64,000 nt of DNA, taken from the human T2T-CHM13v2.0 reference genome, Homo sapiens. Made by a program: the position numbers and the translations under genes. Each line of letters starts with the position of its first letter. Positions within the stretch are counted from its first letter, which is position 1. The notes beneath the pieces are model-generated. The model worked only from the letters and a program-made list of their open reading frames with translations, had not been told where the DNA came from and ran no database searches. Location of the stretch: assembly GCF_009914755.1 (NCBI RefSeq), contig NC_060926.1, one strand, 5' to 3'. Positions 28,361-42,270 of this stretch are shown in pieces.

Positions 28361-31300
28361 ATGAATATATAATGAATGAATGAAAGACTAAAAACTGGCA
28401 TGAAAAGTCCCCAAACCTGGTTCTCTAAAGTCAATACATAGATTTAAATCAGGAGCCAAATTATGGAGGTAAAATTTGTGAAAAACCATCAGAGCAGCTG
28501 AGAATAGTAGAAAAAGAAACAGAAAGGTGGAATTAAAGAACAATCCCTTCTCCCTGTTTCTCCAAAAGTTTCTGTACAGTTAAAGCTGCCAAGTGGAGAA
28601 GAGCTGGAGGCTTGGGTCTAGGATAAGTTCTAGTCGGAAAATAGCGGGCTAGGAAAGTAAACCAAGATGGAAGCCTGTTCCATGCCTGCACTGCAGAGGC
28701 ACAGAGGAATTACTCCCATCAGGACACACTCAGACCTCACCTCAAAGACAGTCACAGGTAGAGACTCAGATGGCAGCAGGAACCCTGACCAGGTGCACAC
28801 ATGGGAGACAGTCATTTGCGGGCCATGCCTCAAACCTGGTGAGGTCAATCATATCTCAAACACTATTTTATTACTATCCTCACAGTCAGCACATGCACTA
28901 GGATTTGAAAAATGTAGTATGTGTCTTACTATCTAAAACCTTCCTTTCTTTCCTACTCTCCCTCCCCCAACATATTTTTCTAGAATTTTAATTTAAAATA
29001 TAAATATCTTTGGAGGGGGCAGAATACTAGTAAAGCTTCTAGTTGTTGAGATTTCTCAAGTGTCTTTCTTTTCCAAAATCAGGACCCACGTACAGTGTGA
29101 GGACAGAGATAGTATCTGGATAGGTAAGGGAGGAAGCTGGAGAGAGAAAAGTGAAACAGGCCAAAAAAATAAATAATAAACAAATAAAAAATAGGACAGG
29201 AGGAGGAGGCTAAAGTCTTAAACCTCCTTATGATAGACTGGCGTCTGTCCTGCTGGCCTCTTGTTTACAGTTAGAGCTGTGGAATCTCAAGTGATCTAGT
29301 CTCAGTACTCATGGTAATGTCCAAATTCAATTTTATTTGATTCATATGGTGACTGGATATCTTGGAGTTCTGACAATTTAAAAATAATAACAGTCTTTTA
29401 TTATTTCCTCAAACTACAATTTTGGAATTGCTGCCATGTTCTTAATAAAAAAAATGTGTTTTTAATATTTTGAGAAAGTCCATAGCAAGATCCTAGTCAC
29501 ACTGGCATTTTGGGATTCCAGGGATGGTGAAAGATACAGAGGATCAACATCTAAACCTAACATGTTTTAATATTTTTAGCATGCAATTTACATTGAGTAG
29601 AGAGAATTCAATGAGGCTTTAATAAACATAGTCTAATTACTTAAAATTATGTAACATATCTACTGGATGCTTTGTAGAAATATACTGCTGTTTAGTGTAT
29701 AGAATATACATGCTGAAAATCTAAAGATGGGGCATGTTTGACCTTGAAAAGGCATTGATGATAATTCTCTGTGAAATATGCCAGTTGCAATTTCAGAAAC
29801 GTGCAGACTGCCAAGGATTGCTTAAAAAATGGAAATAGGATTTCGTATGATTGACCTTCTGGATCACATATGTGCTGAAATGCCTTTTGTGCTGAAGCTG
29901 GGAAGCTTAAAACACTGAGCTCTTAGAAAAAGAATATCCTCATCACTTTCTCAGTGTTCTAAGTCACTTAGGCTTTCTGAGCCCAATTCCTTATTTTTCA
30001 ACTAACTTGAGCACCTTATCACTATTACCTTTCTCATACCTTCACTTCCATTTCTCAAATGGGATTTTACTCAAAAGTCTGGCTGGGTGAAAAAATATCA
30101 AATAAATAAAAAGCGATGCTCTTAGTGTTTTTCTTAACAGCTTCAAATAACATTTGGTGAGAAAGAGAGAAAAAGACTTAAAGGAAACAAGTTAATGGAG
30201 AATGAAAAAATATTTTAGTAGCTCATCTTTTCTGCTATTTTAAATCCTAATGGTTTTGTGCAGGCACTGTTAAATGAGATTTACTTTTTTATGAAAAACC
30301 TATAAGAAAACAAACACACAAAACCTATAGCTTCACACAAATGAGTTCCCTTGAGATGGGTTGCAAAATCCCAGTTTATCATGTGAGTGAGAGAAAAGGT
30401 AAGAAACAGGAAGCATAGTCGTGTATTGAACCATTGACACACTCAGGAACCAGCCAATGAGAAGAAGGCAAGTGACCAACGAGAACAGAGTCCGGCCACA
30501 AACATCCCTTAAGGCGGTACCTGGGTGTATCTGTGAACACCTTCCTTGGAGTTGACTATTTACAGGCCACCAAGTTTAGGCCATCAAGTGACGATATTCA
30601 CTGAGAAGGACGGGCAATCCAAAGATCATCTGGTATGCTAAATGTGCAAAAAGTCCCTTCAAACAAAGTTTTCTTTCTTAAATCTGAAACTGGTCCCTGC
30701 ACTGTCTGATTTTGCTATTAGCTATAGTATTTTAAAAACGATATACGAAACATCCTTTAAATTGAAAGCAACAAGAAAATCTGTTCCCAGTACATGTCTT
30801 TCTGAGCATCATATCTACCATAGGTAAGGGTAGGATTTTTTTTTCTAATCAAACAAATGCTACATTAGTTAAATTTTCCAAAACATTGTGAATCTGGAAG
30901 ACAGCTCTCGACTTTAGCAAAGTGGTTCTGACACAAAGGACTCCTTAGGCTGATTAGGAATGTCTCTGTTCCCTGTGGATGCCCTCAAGGGATCTATATG
31001 AGGTTATATTTCCTCTTTAAAAGTGACAGAAATGGAATTACATTACTTACAGCTCCTTTAAAAAAATACATGCAATTGCATATTACTATATATACTTGAA
31101 AGCTATCTGTATTTGAAAGATTCAGTATTTCTGTTACTCAAAAAGAACCACTAAAGTCCATCCTTTGGACCATGAAGAAAAATAAAACAAAAATAAAAAT
31201 AAAGAAAATATTTGTTTTTCCTTTACTAATACATTGCTGCCCCAAAAGCAAATGGCTATGATATCCAAGTTTTGAATTGGTTAATATTTTAAATGACTAC

Positions 31301-33669
31301 TTTACCCAAAGACATAATTACACAGAGAGCTCTTATTAGAGAAATGTTAACAGTTACATAAATCCTCTTTAGATAGTAATGACTTCTGGGATCATACCCA
31401 TGATTTGTGGCAGTAGACTTTGTGGAAATAGCATCTACTGAAGTGCATTTTTGTGAATGATATACCCGCTCATTGCACCATGAATAGCTATTTTTGTCAC
31501 GAATAGCTAATATTATTAGATTTGTTTTAATTGGAGGCATGTAGAAAAGTGAGATACCCTATTTCTACATGAAAAGGAGTGTTTAAGCCCCATTACACAG
31601 GTGAAGTGAACATGGTTAAACAAAGGTTTGGAAACACACTGTCAACTTTAAGAAATACTCTACCAGCTTGCCTAAGAGTATTTGGGAATACTCTACAGGT
31701 AGCACAGAAATACTGTATAACTAACCTATGCTTTGAGCAACATAAAAAAAAAAGCCCTCAGCCATCCTCCTATCTAGAATTAAACTCAAATCTGCAGCAT
31801 GTCAGGGTCTTGCTGGAATGAATCAGCTGATCTGATCTGATGTGAATTTCTGACCTAATTTTGCTGTAGGACTTAGTGCTCAGGCAGAGAAAACAAGGTT
31901 AATGTGTTGATAACGGGTGAGATTAAACAGCAGCCAGTATCTTAATAACCCTCTCTAATTTCAGCTTCCTCTTGTGTTTGTGATTAATTCGAATCACTTT
32001 TCTATTAATCATTTCAGGGGACCACAGGTTGCTTTGCTTGTTTTTATGTAAAAATCATGCATCCAGATTTTCTTCCTCAAAGCTAAACAAGATATTCATA
32101 TATGGGAGTAATTTTGGTTAAAAAATCAAATGCATGGGCAAGTTTTTTATTCCTCAAACCATAAAATTAGACCAGAAAAATTCTTTATTGAGCCAGAAGT
32201 TTAATCTGCAAGGCTGATTCTAAATGAATTAACTTATGCTAGGTGCTCTATATATTTTTTTCAATGCTCATGGGAAAAGTTAATCTAAGGAGTCCCCTTA
32301 TACAGGTCAAAATGGCGTCTGTCCTGCTGGCCTATTGTTTTCAGTTAGAGCCATCAAGTTTCCCAAGATGCTTAATACAAACTTCAGAATTTATAAATTT
32401 ACAATTTACATTATACTTATATTAATAATAGAGACAATCCTGGGTTTTTCATCTAGTCACCTGCCAGGACAGATTAGAGACAACATTTAAAAAAGTTCCT
32501 TTAAAGGTGCCTGTTAGGGTAAGCCTCCTTCAGTCTTCTCACGTACCTTTCAAGAGCTATTTATACTTTTGGTTGTTTTGACTTTAATTATATCCTAGAC
32601 CTAGCACTTATTTTACATTTTAAGAAGCTCAGTATCTGTTCTATATCTGAAATAAATAGACAGATGTTGGCAAGAGGAGGGGCCTTTCAGAACAGAGCCC
32701 CATGTGAGCTACTCAGTCAGCATGAGAATTAAGCTCTTCTGACAGAGGAAATTGCAGTGAAGAGTGGACCTTCCAAACATCCAACACCATGGCAAATTGA
32801 ATGATTAAACAGAAGCCCGTTGGAGAATTTAAGGTAATCTTTCTTTGAAAAGTAATGTTGAATATGGAGAGATGGTTATAGACTGACTGTCAATAGTTTC
32901 CTGTTGAGGTCTATTTTTTATATTCTTCAAGCTATTGGAGGATATCTTTAACTAAAGATGGCCTTTGTAAAATGTTTCCAAAGAACCCGTAAGAGAAAGA
33001 AATTATTATGGAGTAAGGCTATGAGTCAGGGGACTTTTTGAACTACTAAAAATGCAATGTCTCCTAGAGAATGTGTGTAATGTAACAAATGAAACTGCTA
33101 GAATAGAGCCTGAGCATGCTAATAAAATTGCTCCAAGGCTTCTAACTTTGAGGTAGCCTAAAGAAAATGTCTTCATTATACATGTGTGGGTTACCTTAAA
33201 ATTAATTTTAATCATGAATTGGTAAAAGGAAAATCAAGTCCCCCCTCAAAATGAATCTCTGCTTGAAACACATGCCTCTAGTTAAAAGTTATTCTCAATA
33301 ATGCTCATATTTGGAAATACACAATGGAATATTCATGTCCATACTGGAATGTAAATATAGCCAGCCTGCTAGGAAGCAGAAAAAAAGATCACTTAAAAAA
33401 ATAGAGAAAAGCAATTTCAATAAGATGTACAAGGAAGATGTTTTAAAAAATAAAAAAGAAGTATTTAAAATCCATTATTTTAATTAGTAAATTGCATTTT
33501 CGTCTCTGATTTGGGGCTAAGTATACCACTCAGCATATCCTGATGTTTGAATAAAAAATGAAGTGGTTCAGCAAAGAATGAAGAGGGCCGTTACCAAGGA
33601 TACTTCTTAATTTTCTATTAGGTTGATGTTTATATGTATTGCATAGCTATTTTGTTTCCATATTATATT

Positions 33670-34540
33670 TTTCATTAAGCATATATTGGGCATCTATTTT
33701 ATGTCAGTCATTGCTCTAGGTGCTTGGGATAAGATGGTGAACAGAATACCAAAACATGCTTGTCCTCATCGGAGTTACAATCTGGTAGGGGGTTGGGAGG
33801 TGGAGAAGGCAGACAAAAAAAGAAACAAGTAAATATAGAGTAAGTGCAAATGTAACAAATTCTGTGAAAAAAAAATACTAAACTAGAGAATTGAGGGTCA
33901 GGGGTATGGGGAGAGTGCAATTTAAAATAAGCTCAGGGAAAGACTCACTGAGGATGTGACATTTGAGTAAAGACCTGAAGTAATAAGTGAGGAGAGAAGC
34001 CATGCAGATCTCAGGAAAAACAGATTTCTAAGGAAGAAGAAATGTGGAGAGAAAAGGTCGTAATGGGGAGCATTCACAGCACATAGAAGGTCCCTGAAGG
34101 ACCTCACTGTGGCTCGAACAGGGCAGAGCAGGTGAGGCGGAGGTTAGAAGATGAGGCCAGAGGCAATGGAGTCCAATCTTGTGAGGACATGGAGGTTACT
34201 GTCAGGAAGCTGGCTTAGCTCAGGGTGAAATTGGGATGAGAGAGGTCTCAGTAAGGGCAGGGCAGGGAGACCAGTCAGGAGGCTGTAAAAGCAATAGAGA
34301 TGAGGGAAGATGTTGGCTGGGACCAGAGCAGCAGTCCTGGAGGAGGTGAGATGTGCTGGAATCGTAGTTACATTCTGAAGGTAGAATTGACAGAATTTGG
34401 TGACAGATTGGATGGGAGGTGTGAAAGCAAGCAAAAAGGATGGTGTTTCCATTAACTGAGATGGGGAAGATGGCAGAAGAATCATGTTTGGTGAGAAAAG
34501 TTTTAGACATAGTATGTTTGAGATGTGTGTTAGGATTTCA
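33670..34540 (-). mobile_element. L2a-like 3' fragment
   Basis: gggaaagactcactgaggatgtgacatttgag; gggagaccagtcaggaggct; ccattaactgagatggggaaga. Source of the ORFs at 33708-34510. Confidence 0.85.
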
Positions 34541-34734
34541 ATGATTTGTTGATATTTGTAAGAATTTCATGTTTCATTTTTGATAATTTGTAGGTATGAG
34601 GTTAAAAATTTTACAGAAATGTTAACACTTTTATAAAACTTTTTATATACTTTTAGAAAAGTCAAAAATTTTGAATACTTTTATAAAACTCTAAAAATTG
34701 TATACATATACACATCTAAGTTTCAGGAAAGTTT

Positions 34735-34885
34735 TTGTTATTGTATGTGTGTAATAACATCACACATGAGATCTATTCTCCTAAGAAATTTTTAAGTGTA
34801 TAACACAGTATTGTTAACTACAGGTACAGATCTCTAGAACTTATTCATCTTGCAAAACTGAAACTTTACACTCATTAAATAGCAA
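34735..34885 (-). mobile_element. Old L1M 3'UTR fragment
   Basis: cagtattgttaactacagg..agatctctagaacttattcatcttgca. Confidence 0.7.
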
Positions 34886-36421
34886 ATGGAGGGCAAGTGC
34901 CCAGATTAACCAGAACAAATGAACAATTGCCTAGAGGTCTCTGCCTTTTGCGCAGTTAGTGAAATCATGCAGTCGGCGATACTGATTCTAAGAGCTATAT
35001 GATCCACACACTCGGCTGCTTTCCAGTTTAGGGCAGAGATGACAGTCACAAATCCTGTAATACAAGAAGGAAGATAAAAGGCAGATGTAGGCCTACAGAA
35101 TGCTTGACATTTTCAAAAAGGAAAGATGCTCCGATAACGGGAAGATTCAGTTATTAGCATTGGTAATGTTCACTTAAGACATTTCTGCAATGATGGAGAC
35201 ATAGATAATTAGTTGATGCACATTGGGGATGTTTTCTGTTCTTGGGTATTTCAATAAACCTGTAGGTTATTACCTCATTGTAAGAATGAAACTTGGAGTA
35301 ATGCTGTGGATGTGGGTGAAACGGAACATAGTAGTGGGAAAATCCTTGTGCCCTAATACAAGATGGAATCAGTTTCTTTCACTTGCTAGCTTTAGTGAGA
35401 TTCATAATGAGTCCCTTATCTTAAAGTCGTCTATTCCTTTTGAATTGGAAATAACAATCTTCATTTTGTTGAGCTGTTAAAAGAAAGAAAAGATACAACA
35501 CATGGCACAACTAGCGGGGTAGTCAACATATTATAGAATTGGTAGCTGCTATTATTGTATTTGTATTAATATTATTATTACTGTTATTATTTTTACTGTC
35601 ACCATTTTTACCTTCATCTTTATCACTTAATGTGACTATCTCAATAACATCACATGGCACCATGTCTACAAAGATTCCACTTCCATGTAGAGTAGAAAGC
35701 AATACAGGGGAAGATTGTTTGCTTTGGGCATTTGCAAATGACACATGTACCCAGCCCCCAACTGTGAATTTTCTAAGTTATCATTTTGTTTTATCTTATC
35801 AATGTACACATATTTTGTTCTTTTTCCTAAAATACTTAAAATTACATGAGGATAATTTTGGCATATGAATAGATTCAAAAGGATGCAATAATTGGTAGGT
35901 TTAGTCTTAATTATTAAACTGGCTTCCAAGAGCGGAGAAGCTGTCTCTTGTGCATAGTAGGTTATTAAACATTTGTCAAATCAGATTGTGTTGAACCCAC
36001 TCAGTGCATTGATGATGGCTTCTCCTAGGGAATAGTAAATAAGCTGGCATAGCATGTGATATTTTAAGTGCAATTTGCTAATGAATTTCCAGATATTTTC
36101 AGGGAATTACCCTGAAAGTTTTCTTTCTGGGCACATGAGCTGCTATATTTTTACTCTATTAATAGAAATGTTTTGGTGAAACTGCCACACATTTAGGCTA
36201 AAGTTAAAGAGGGAAGGAAGTAATGAATTATGAAGATAAAATGCCTACTTTATGTCTACAAGAACTAAAACCTAAAATAATTTTTAAAATTTTTTTATAG
36301 TTTGATTTCTTTTCTGAAGAGCAATGTATATTCAACATCACAGGGTAAATGCTACTGACAGGTTGAAGCTTCATATTGGTTTGAGGATGTGAGTGGAAGC
36401 TGGCCCAACAATAACCGATAG

Positions 36422-36667
<246 letters not shown>

Positions 36668-36748
36668 TGATACAGTCATCGTAACTCTGACATATCCAGC
36701 TCTTTTACATAGAGAATCAGAATGGCATGGATAAATTTGAGCTATTAG

Positions 36749-37068
<320 letters not shown>

Positions 37069-40000
37069 TGAGAAGGCTTCTTAACCACCTAGGATGCTTG
37101 TTACTAGACTGTCACATATAATTTTAAAAATTATTTAGAAGCCTGTTAGTATATACAATTTAAATAGTATTTGTTTTTGAGATGAGTGACAAAATAGGAT
37201 TGAAAATCATTTGTCAAGCAAATTTTTTCTAGGTTATTTTTAGGAGAACATTATTCTTTCAGCAACTGGTATTTTATTTTACTTAGGGGACAGATGACAT
37301 TTTGTGATTTACAAAAAATAAACAGTAATGGGGAAATTTAAAAAGAAAGACAATGGGGAAATATCTATAGTGATCAGAGCACATGAAGACTCTTCTCTCA
37401 GGAGTAGAGAAGTCACTTCCCTTTTTATCCTCCTCCTATACCAGGTTGGAAATTACATAGGAGGGAATGTTTGTTCAGGGTGAGACTAGAATCTAAAATA
37501 GTTCATCCTTATGTCACCTTCTGGTGTTCTAGAAAAAACTCAAAGCTAAGATAAAGTATTATCTCCGGCCTAGTGGCCTCTGGATAATGAAGCAAAGGGT
37601 TAAGAGATGTGTAGTTTATGGTTTTTCTCTAGATTTTGCTGGGCCCTATTTGAAGTCCCCAAACCTCAGCAACTCACAACTCTCAGCAAATCAATACAAA
37701 TAGCATATTTTCTTTAGAAAGAAATCCCATGACACTTTACAACCCCTATCAGTACCAATACATTCATTTCTAGAAATCAATTATTTCAAATATCTAATGT
37801 TATTCTTGATTTGTTTTTTTCTTCTTCTTCTTTTCCACATAATTTTACATTTATTTCATTTAAATGACTTTTTAGGATTTTAATTCTTTTTCTGGTTTCC
37901 TGTCTTTTATAATCCATTTCAATTCCAATATTTCTTTTCTTTTATTTTGTGTTTGTTCTGTTCAGTTTGCTAGCAATTACTTAAAATGTCTGGGTATTTC
38001 AAATAAAAGTAAAGGAGAGGAACACATTTTCAAAACATGGTACATGGTTCAACAGATTAAATGGGATAAAGAGAGATCGGGAAGGGGGAAGGAAAATGAC
38101 TACCCAGTAAAAGGCTTTTTAGCAAATCATACTGAATCTCATTAATAAAGAATACATCCACTGAAGCTGTGCAATCAATCTGCCATGTGCATTAGTGATG
38201 TCTAGTCCAATTCAGGTAGATAAATTGTTCTCTAAGTGTCAGTCGGCTGCCAGTCAAATCACAAATACCAATAATACATGCCATGAGGAATTTCTCCTGA
38301 CTCATGACAAATTTTTTTCAGAGGGTTAGACTGGAATAAACAGGTAAAAGGGAAGAATAATGTCTGTCTGAATGAACACCACCAGCAACAGCAAAAAAGG
38401 ACAGATAACTGGAGAGATAAGCAATAGGCAAGGACGCTGTGAACCGATCTATTATTAAAAAAAAAGACTGGCAGGGAGTAATTCAACTACACACCATTAC
38501 CAACAGTGTCAGCTAAAAATACAACTGGAAAAAAGTATAGTCAATACAAAATTTGCAAAGTCAGATGAGGGCATCACTGTAGTGTAGAGATATCCTTCAG
38601 GTGGAAACTCTCAGGCACGAGACAAGGAGAATAAAGGAGAAAAGGAAACAAAGTAACAGAACGCTTCCATGAATATTTTAATGACAGCATCTTAGTCTGG
38701 TTTCTAATCGTGAACGATTCTTTTTAATGATAGATACTATGACTAGTATTCTTCCCAATGGCTAGCTATCAGAAGCTCTCATTATTATAAACAGATGTTA
38801 TTAAAAGACACTATAAAATATGGCTTTCTGATACTCTGGTTTGAGTTGACACCATATGAGTTTTCTAAAGAAGTCAATCAGTGTCACACATACCAGAAAA
38901 TAAAAGCACTTGCTTCTGAGCCTATAGTGGAAGGGAAAGTATTCTATCACTTCTTACAAGATTAGAAGTCTCCAAGGAGAGATGGTGCATATAAGAGAGC
39001 ATTTTGGATTGAGGTGAAAACACGAAGCCTCTGCAGTTATATGATTGCATTAAAGAAGAGGAATGAAAGATTAGGATGGTATTGGGTTTTAGGAAGGAAT
39101 GCCATGCGGCTTGTGGATTTGTCATTAATGCAGTGACCCTGTCTATCCAAGTCATTCTATTTCAATGTGACTTAGAATTCTAAAAGAAAGTCAGCTTAGA
39201 GGTGTCAACACAGCCCCCTGTGTAAGCTGCCTTCAGCAAAGAACCTCTATCTTTAATTTAACACAATTGGCCATCTTGGTTTGAGACAGACTGTGATTTA
39301 GTTAACATGAAAACAGCCTGACCTCTGTCACCCCAGAATTGAATCAAGAGTTCAATTCAGGCTTGATGGCATGTATGAACTATTCTAGGAACTATAACTT
39401 GGGAAAAAAATGAAATGGCCTCAGTGAACATGTGGAGGAATAAACAGATCTCTCATATTGTGGCCTGGTGTTCGCCTAGACAAGTGTATGCATGTTTATT
39501 TTTTAATGATGTGCTTTAATAATGCATGCATGTTATGTTACCTCAGTCACATAGATAAAACCCTATTTTAGTGACAGGCTCATAATGCTCAACCTGATAC
39601 AGCACAATAAAACTATCTCCATGTGCCAACTAGCAACTCTTGTTAGTTGCTGATAAGAATGCAACGTATTCTGGCAGACAAGAAATAGTACATAATAGAT
39701 ACATTCACTAGTTTCAACTCCTTGAGCAGTCAATTTAGTTAATAAAAACCTCACCTTTTTAATACCTGCATCATGAAGGTATTATCAGTGATGGAAATAT
39801 ATGATCTTTTTATGAAATTTTCTAAGATAAAGATGCAGAGATACTTTATTTCTCATGTTGATAACACAGTCCCTAAGATACCTGATGAAATGTAATATCA
39901 TGAATTCAAGATTGAGACTGAATATCTCAAAGATGACATTTTATTTTATTTTGTTTACATTCATATCTAAACTTTGGTGAAAAAGAGAGTCTCTCTCAAC

Positions 40001-42054
40001 TCTTTCAAATTAATTAACGTAGATTTTAAAAAGTGAACCAAGAATATGTTATTTTGTAACAAATGTGATAGCAGGACAATGAACTAATTAAAATTTAAGT
40101 TTTTATCAAATTATTTTTCTTCTGAGGTATAAGTAAGTCAAATTAATCAATCTCATCTGCTTACTTTCTTTTAATATTCTCCAGCTTCAATTTGTTTTAT
40201 TTGAACTCTAATTATCATCTCTGAGCAAAGCAAATAACTTAATAAGTAATGTAGCACAACACTTCTAAGTACTGTAAGAAGAGTCATCCATTTTACTTAG
40301 CTCATAAATTAACATAGAAATTTTAAATTTTTTTTAATATTGGCTTTTGAGACCTAAAGTCCCAGAGTTATGATCTAGTATTATTTTTATCAAGTCCTTA
40401 CATTTCAATATCTTCACTATAAATGCCATAAATGCACTGGTTTAGCAATGCATTTACCTATATTTACCCATCTGAACTACAAAGTCAAAAAGTCAATATG
40501 AAGGTTTTGGAATTCCCTCAAATTGTAATTTCCTCTGTTTTTTTAATTTATTTTATATTTATTCTATTGTCTTCTGCTACTCTCATTGACTTAGTTCTCA
40601 TAAATCTAAAGCAATATGTGGATATAAATTCAATATAAACTAAAGTAAAAAGGGAGATTATAGGTCAAGAAATGTTAGCCCGTTCACTAAACAGCCAGAT
40701 TTTGTTTCCATCTTCTCTAGTCTCTGAACTAATAAGTTTGCAAAATGCTTGTTAGAAGTAATCGGGAAAAGAAATCTGTGTAGTTCTATGAAGTATATAA
40801 AAAAAGATTGAGTTCGTTTCCATCATATTGAAAGTGGTATGTCTAAACTGACACATAATCATTATAGAAACATTGGTTTTCTAGAAGCCAACCTTTTGGC
40901 AACCTCAACTATAGAAACTTATTTTTTTTAAAAAAAGAAATAGAGCTTTCAGAAAAAGGAGACAGAAACATTTAAGGTCCCTAGCACACTCATGTCTGTG
41001 GACTGGCCATGTAATCTCCCACCGTTGAGTCCTTGAGGGTATTGCTCACACAGCTACAAGAGAAGGAATCAGGTGCATTCCTATAAAAGGTACAGCCATC
41101 TGCCAGCCTGGTTCGTTTTAAACTAGTCAGCTTGGCATATCAGCATTTATATTTTTCTTTTAGTTTCTGTGTGTGTGACTGTGTGTGTGTTTGATCTATT
41201 GATGTTTTGATGGATTACACACAGAGCATATCTCACTAGGAATTTATCCAACAAGTAAGGGCACTCTGGTTATTAAATTGAGGTCTCATGTTAGAGGCCA
41301 TTAAGCAAATTATTTAGTGCATTCTGCTTTAGAAGGCAAGGGCACAAGTACGGTATTTTATAACTGGCTAATTTCATGCTGCAATTAAATTCTTGACACA
41401 CACTTGGAATGGGAAACTTAATGTGAAGGGGAAATTAAAGAGGCCTTTCTATTGTTGAGTTTCTGTTTGAAAATGGACTTTTCTAAGAGACCTATCTAAT
41501 ATGTTTAAAAATACACTTCTTTTTCCCTGTGGTAGGATGGAAACGACTGTTGTGTAGAGAATAATCGAAGAGAAATAAATATTTGTATTTTTAGAATTAC
41601 TTTAGGATTTTATACAACCACCAAGGGTTTTATTATAATAGATTTTAGCAGGCACATTAATGAAGAGTTTTTCAAGGGAAACTCCTTTGTTTAAGTAATG
41701 AAACTGTACTAATTGGACATACATGTCATATAAGTGTATTATTTTCAGTTTGATGACTGGATTGTGAAAAAGAATTAGTGTGTCATTGTATGAGAGAGAG
41801 AAAAAGAAAGAAATAAATGAAGGGGGAGAGGAATAGTTAAGGGTAAGCTGAAGTTTAAATTCATTACAGTGAGAAACATCAAGATGAAAAAAATAAAGAC
41901 GTAGTTTGACAGGAATTAATTCTTGATAATTGAAATTTAAAAATTATAACATCCCCTAGAAAATTAGTTACATGTTATACTTTGCTTTCTTTCTCTTTTC
42001 TTTTTTTTTTTTAAAAATTCTACTTAATATTTTCACCTCAATCTATAATATAAT

Positions 42055-42270
42055 GTAGCAGTGGGATCTGTAGAGTCAGACTTCCTTCCAAGCCACATTT
42101 TACCCTCATTCTTCCTCGCTGTGTGATTACGGACAAATTACTCAGACTCACTGGGCTGCAGTTTTCTCCATGTAATATCAGTACCTACAGATTAGGATGT
42201 TGTAAGAAATAAATGACTTTAGACTCAATGAAAACATAAAAGAGAATCCACGGTAAGTGCTAAGTCAGTG
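42055..42270 (+). mobile_element. MIR fragment
   Basis: Core ggacaaattactcagactcactgggctgcagttttctccatgtaa. Confidence 0.65.

Noticed and set aside
34144-34510. 113-aa and 96-aa minus-strand ORFs
   Set aside because: Degenerate L2-derived sequence with no gene structure.
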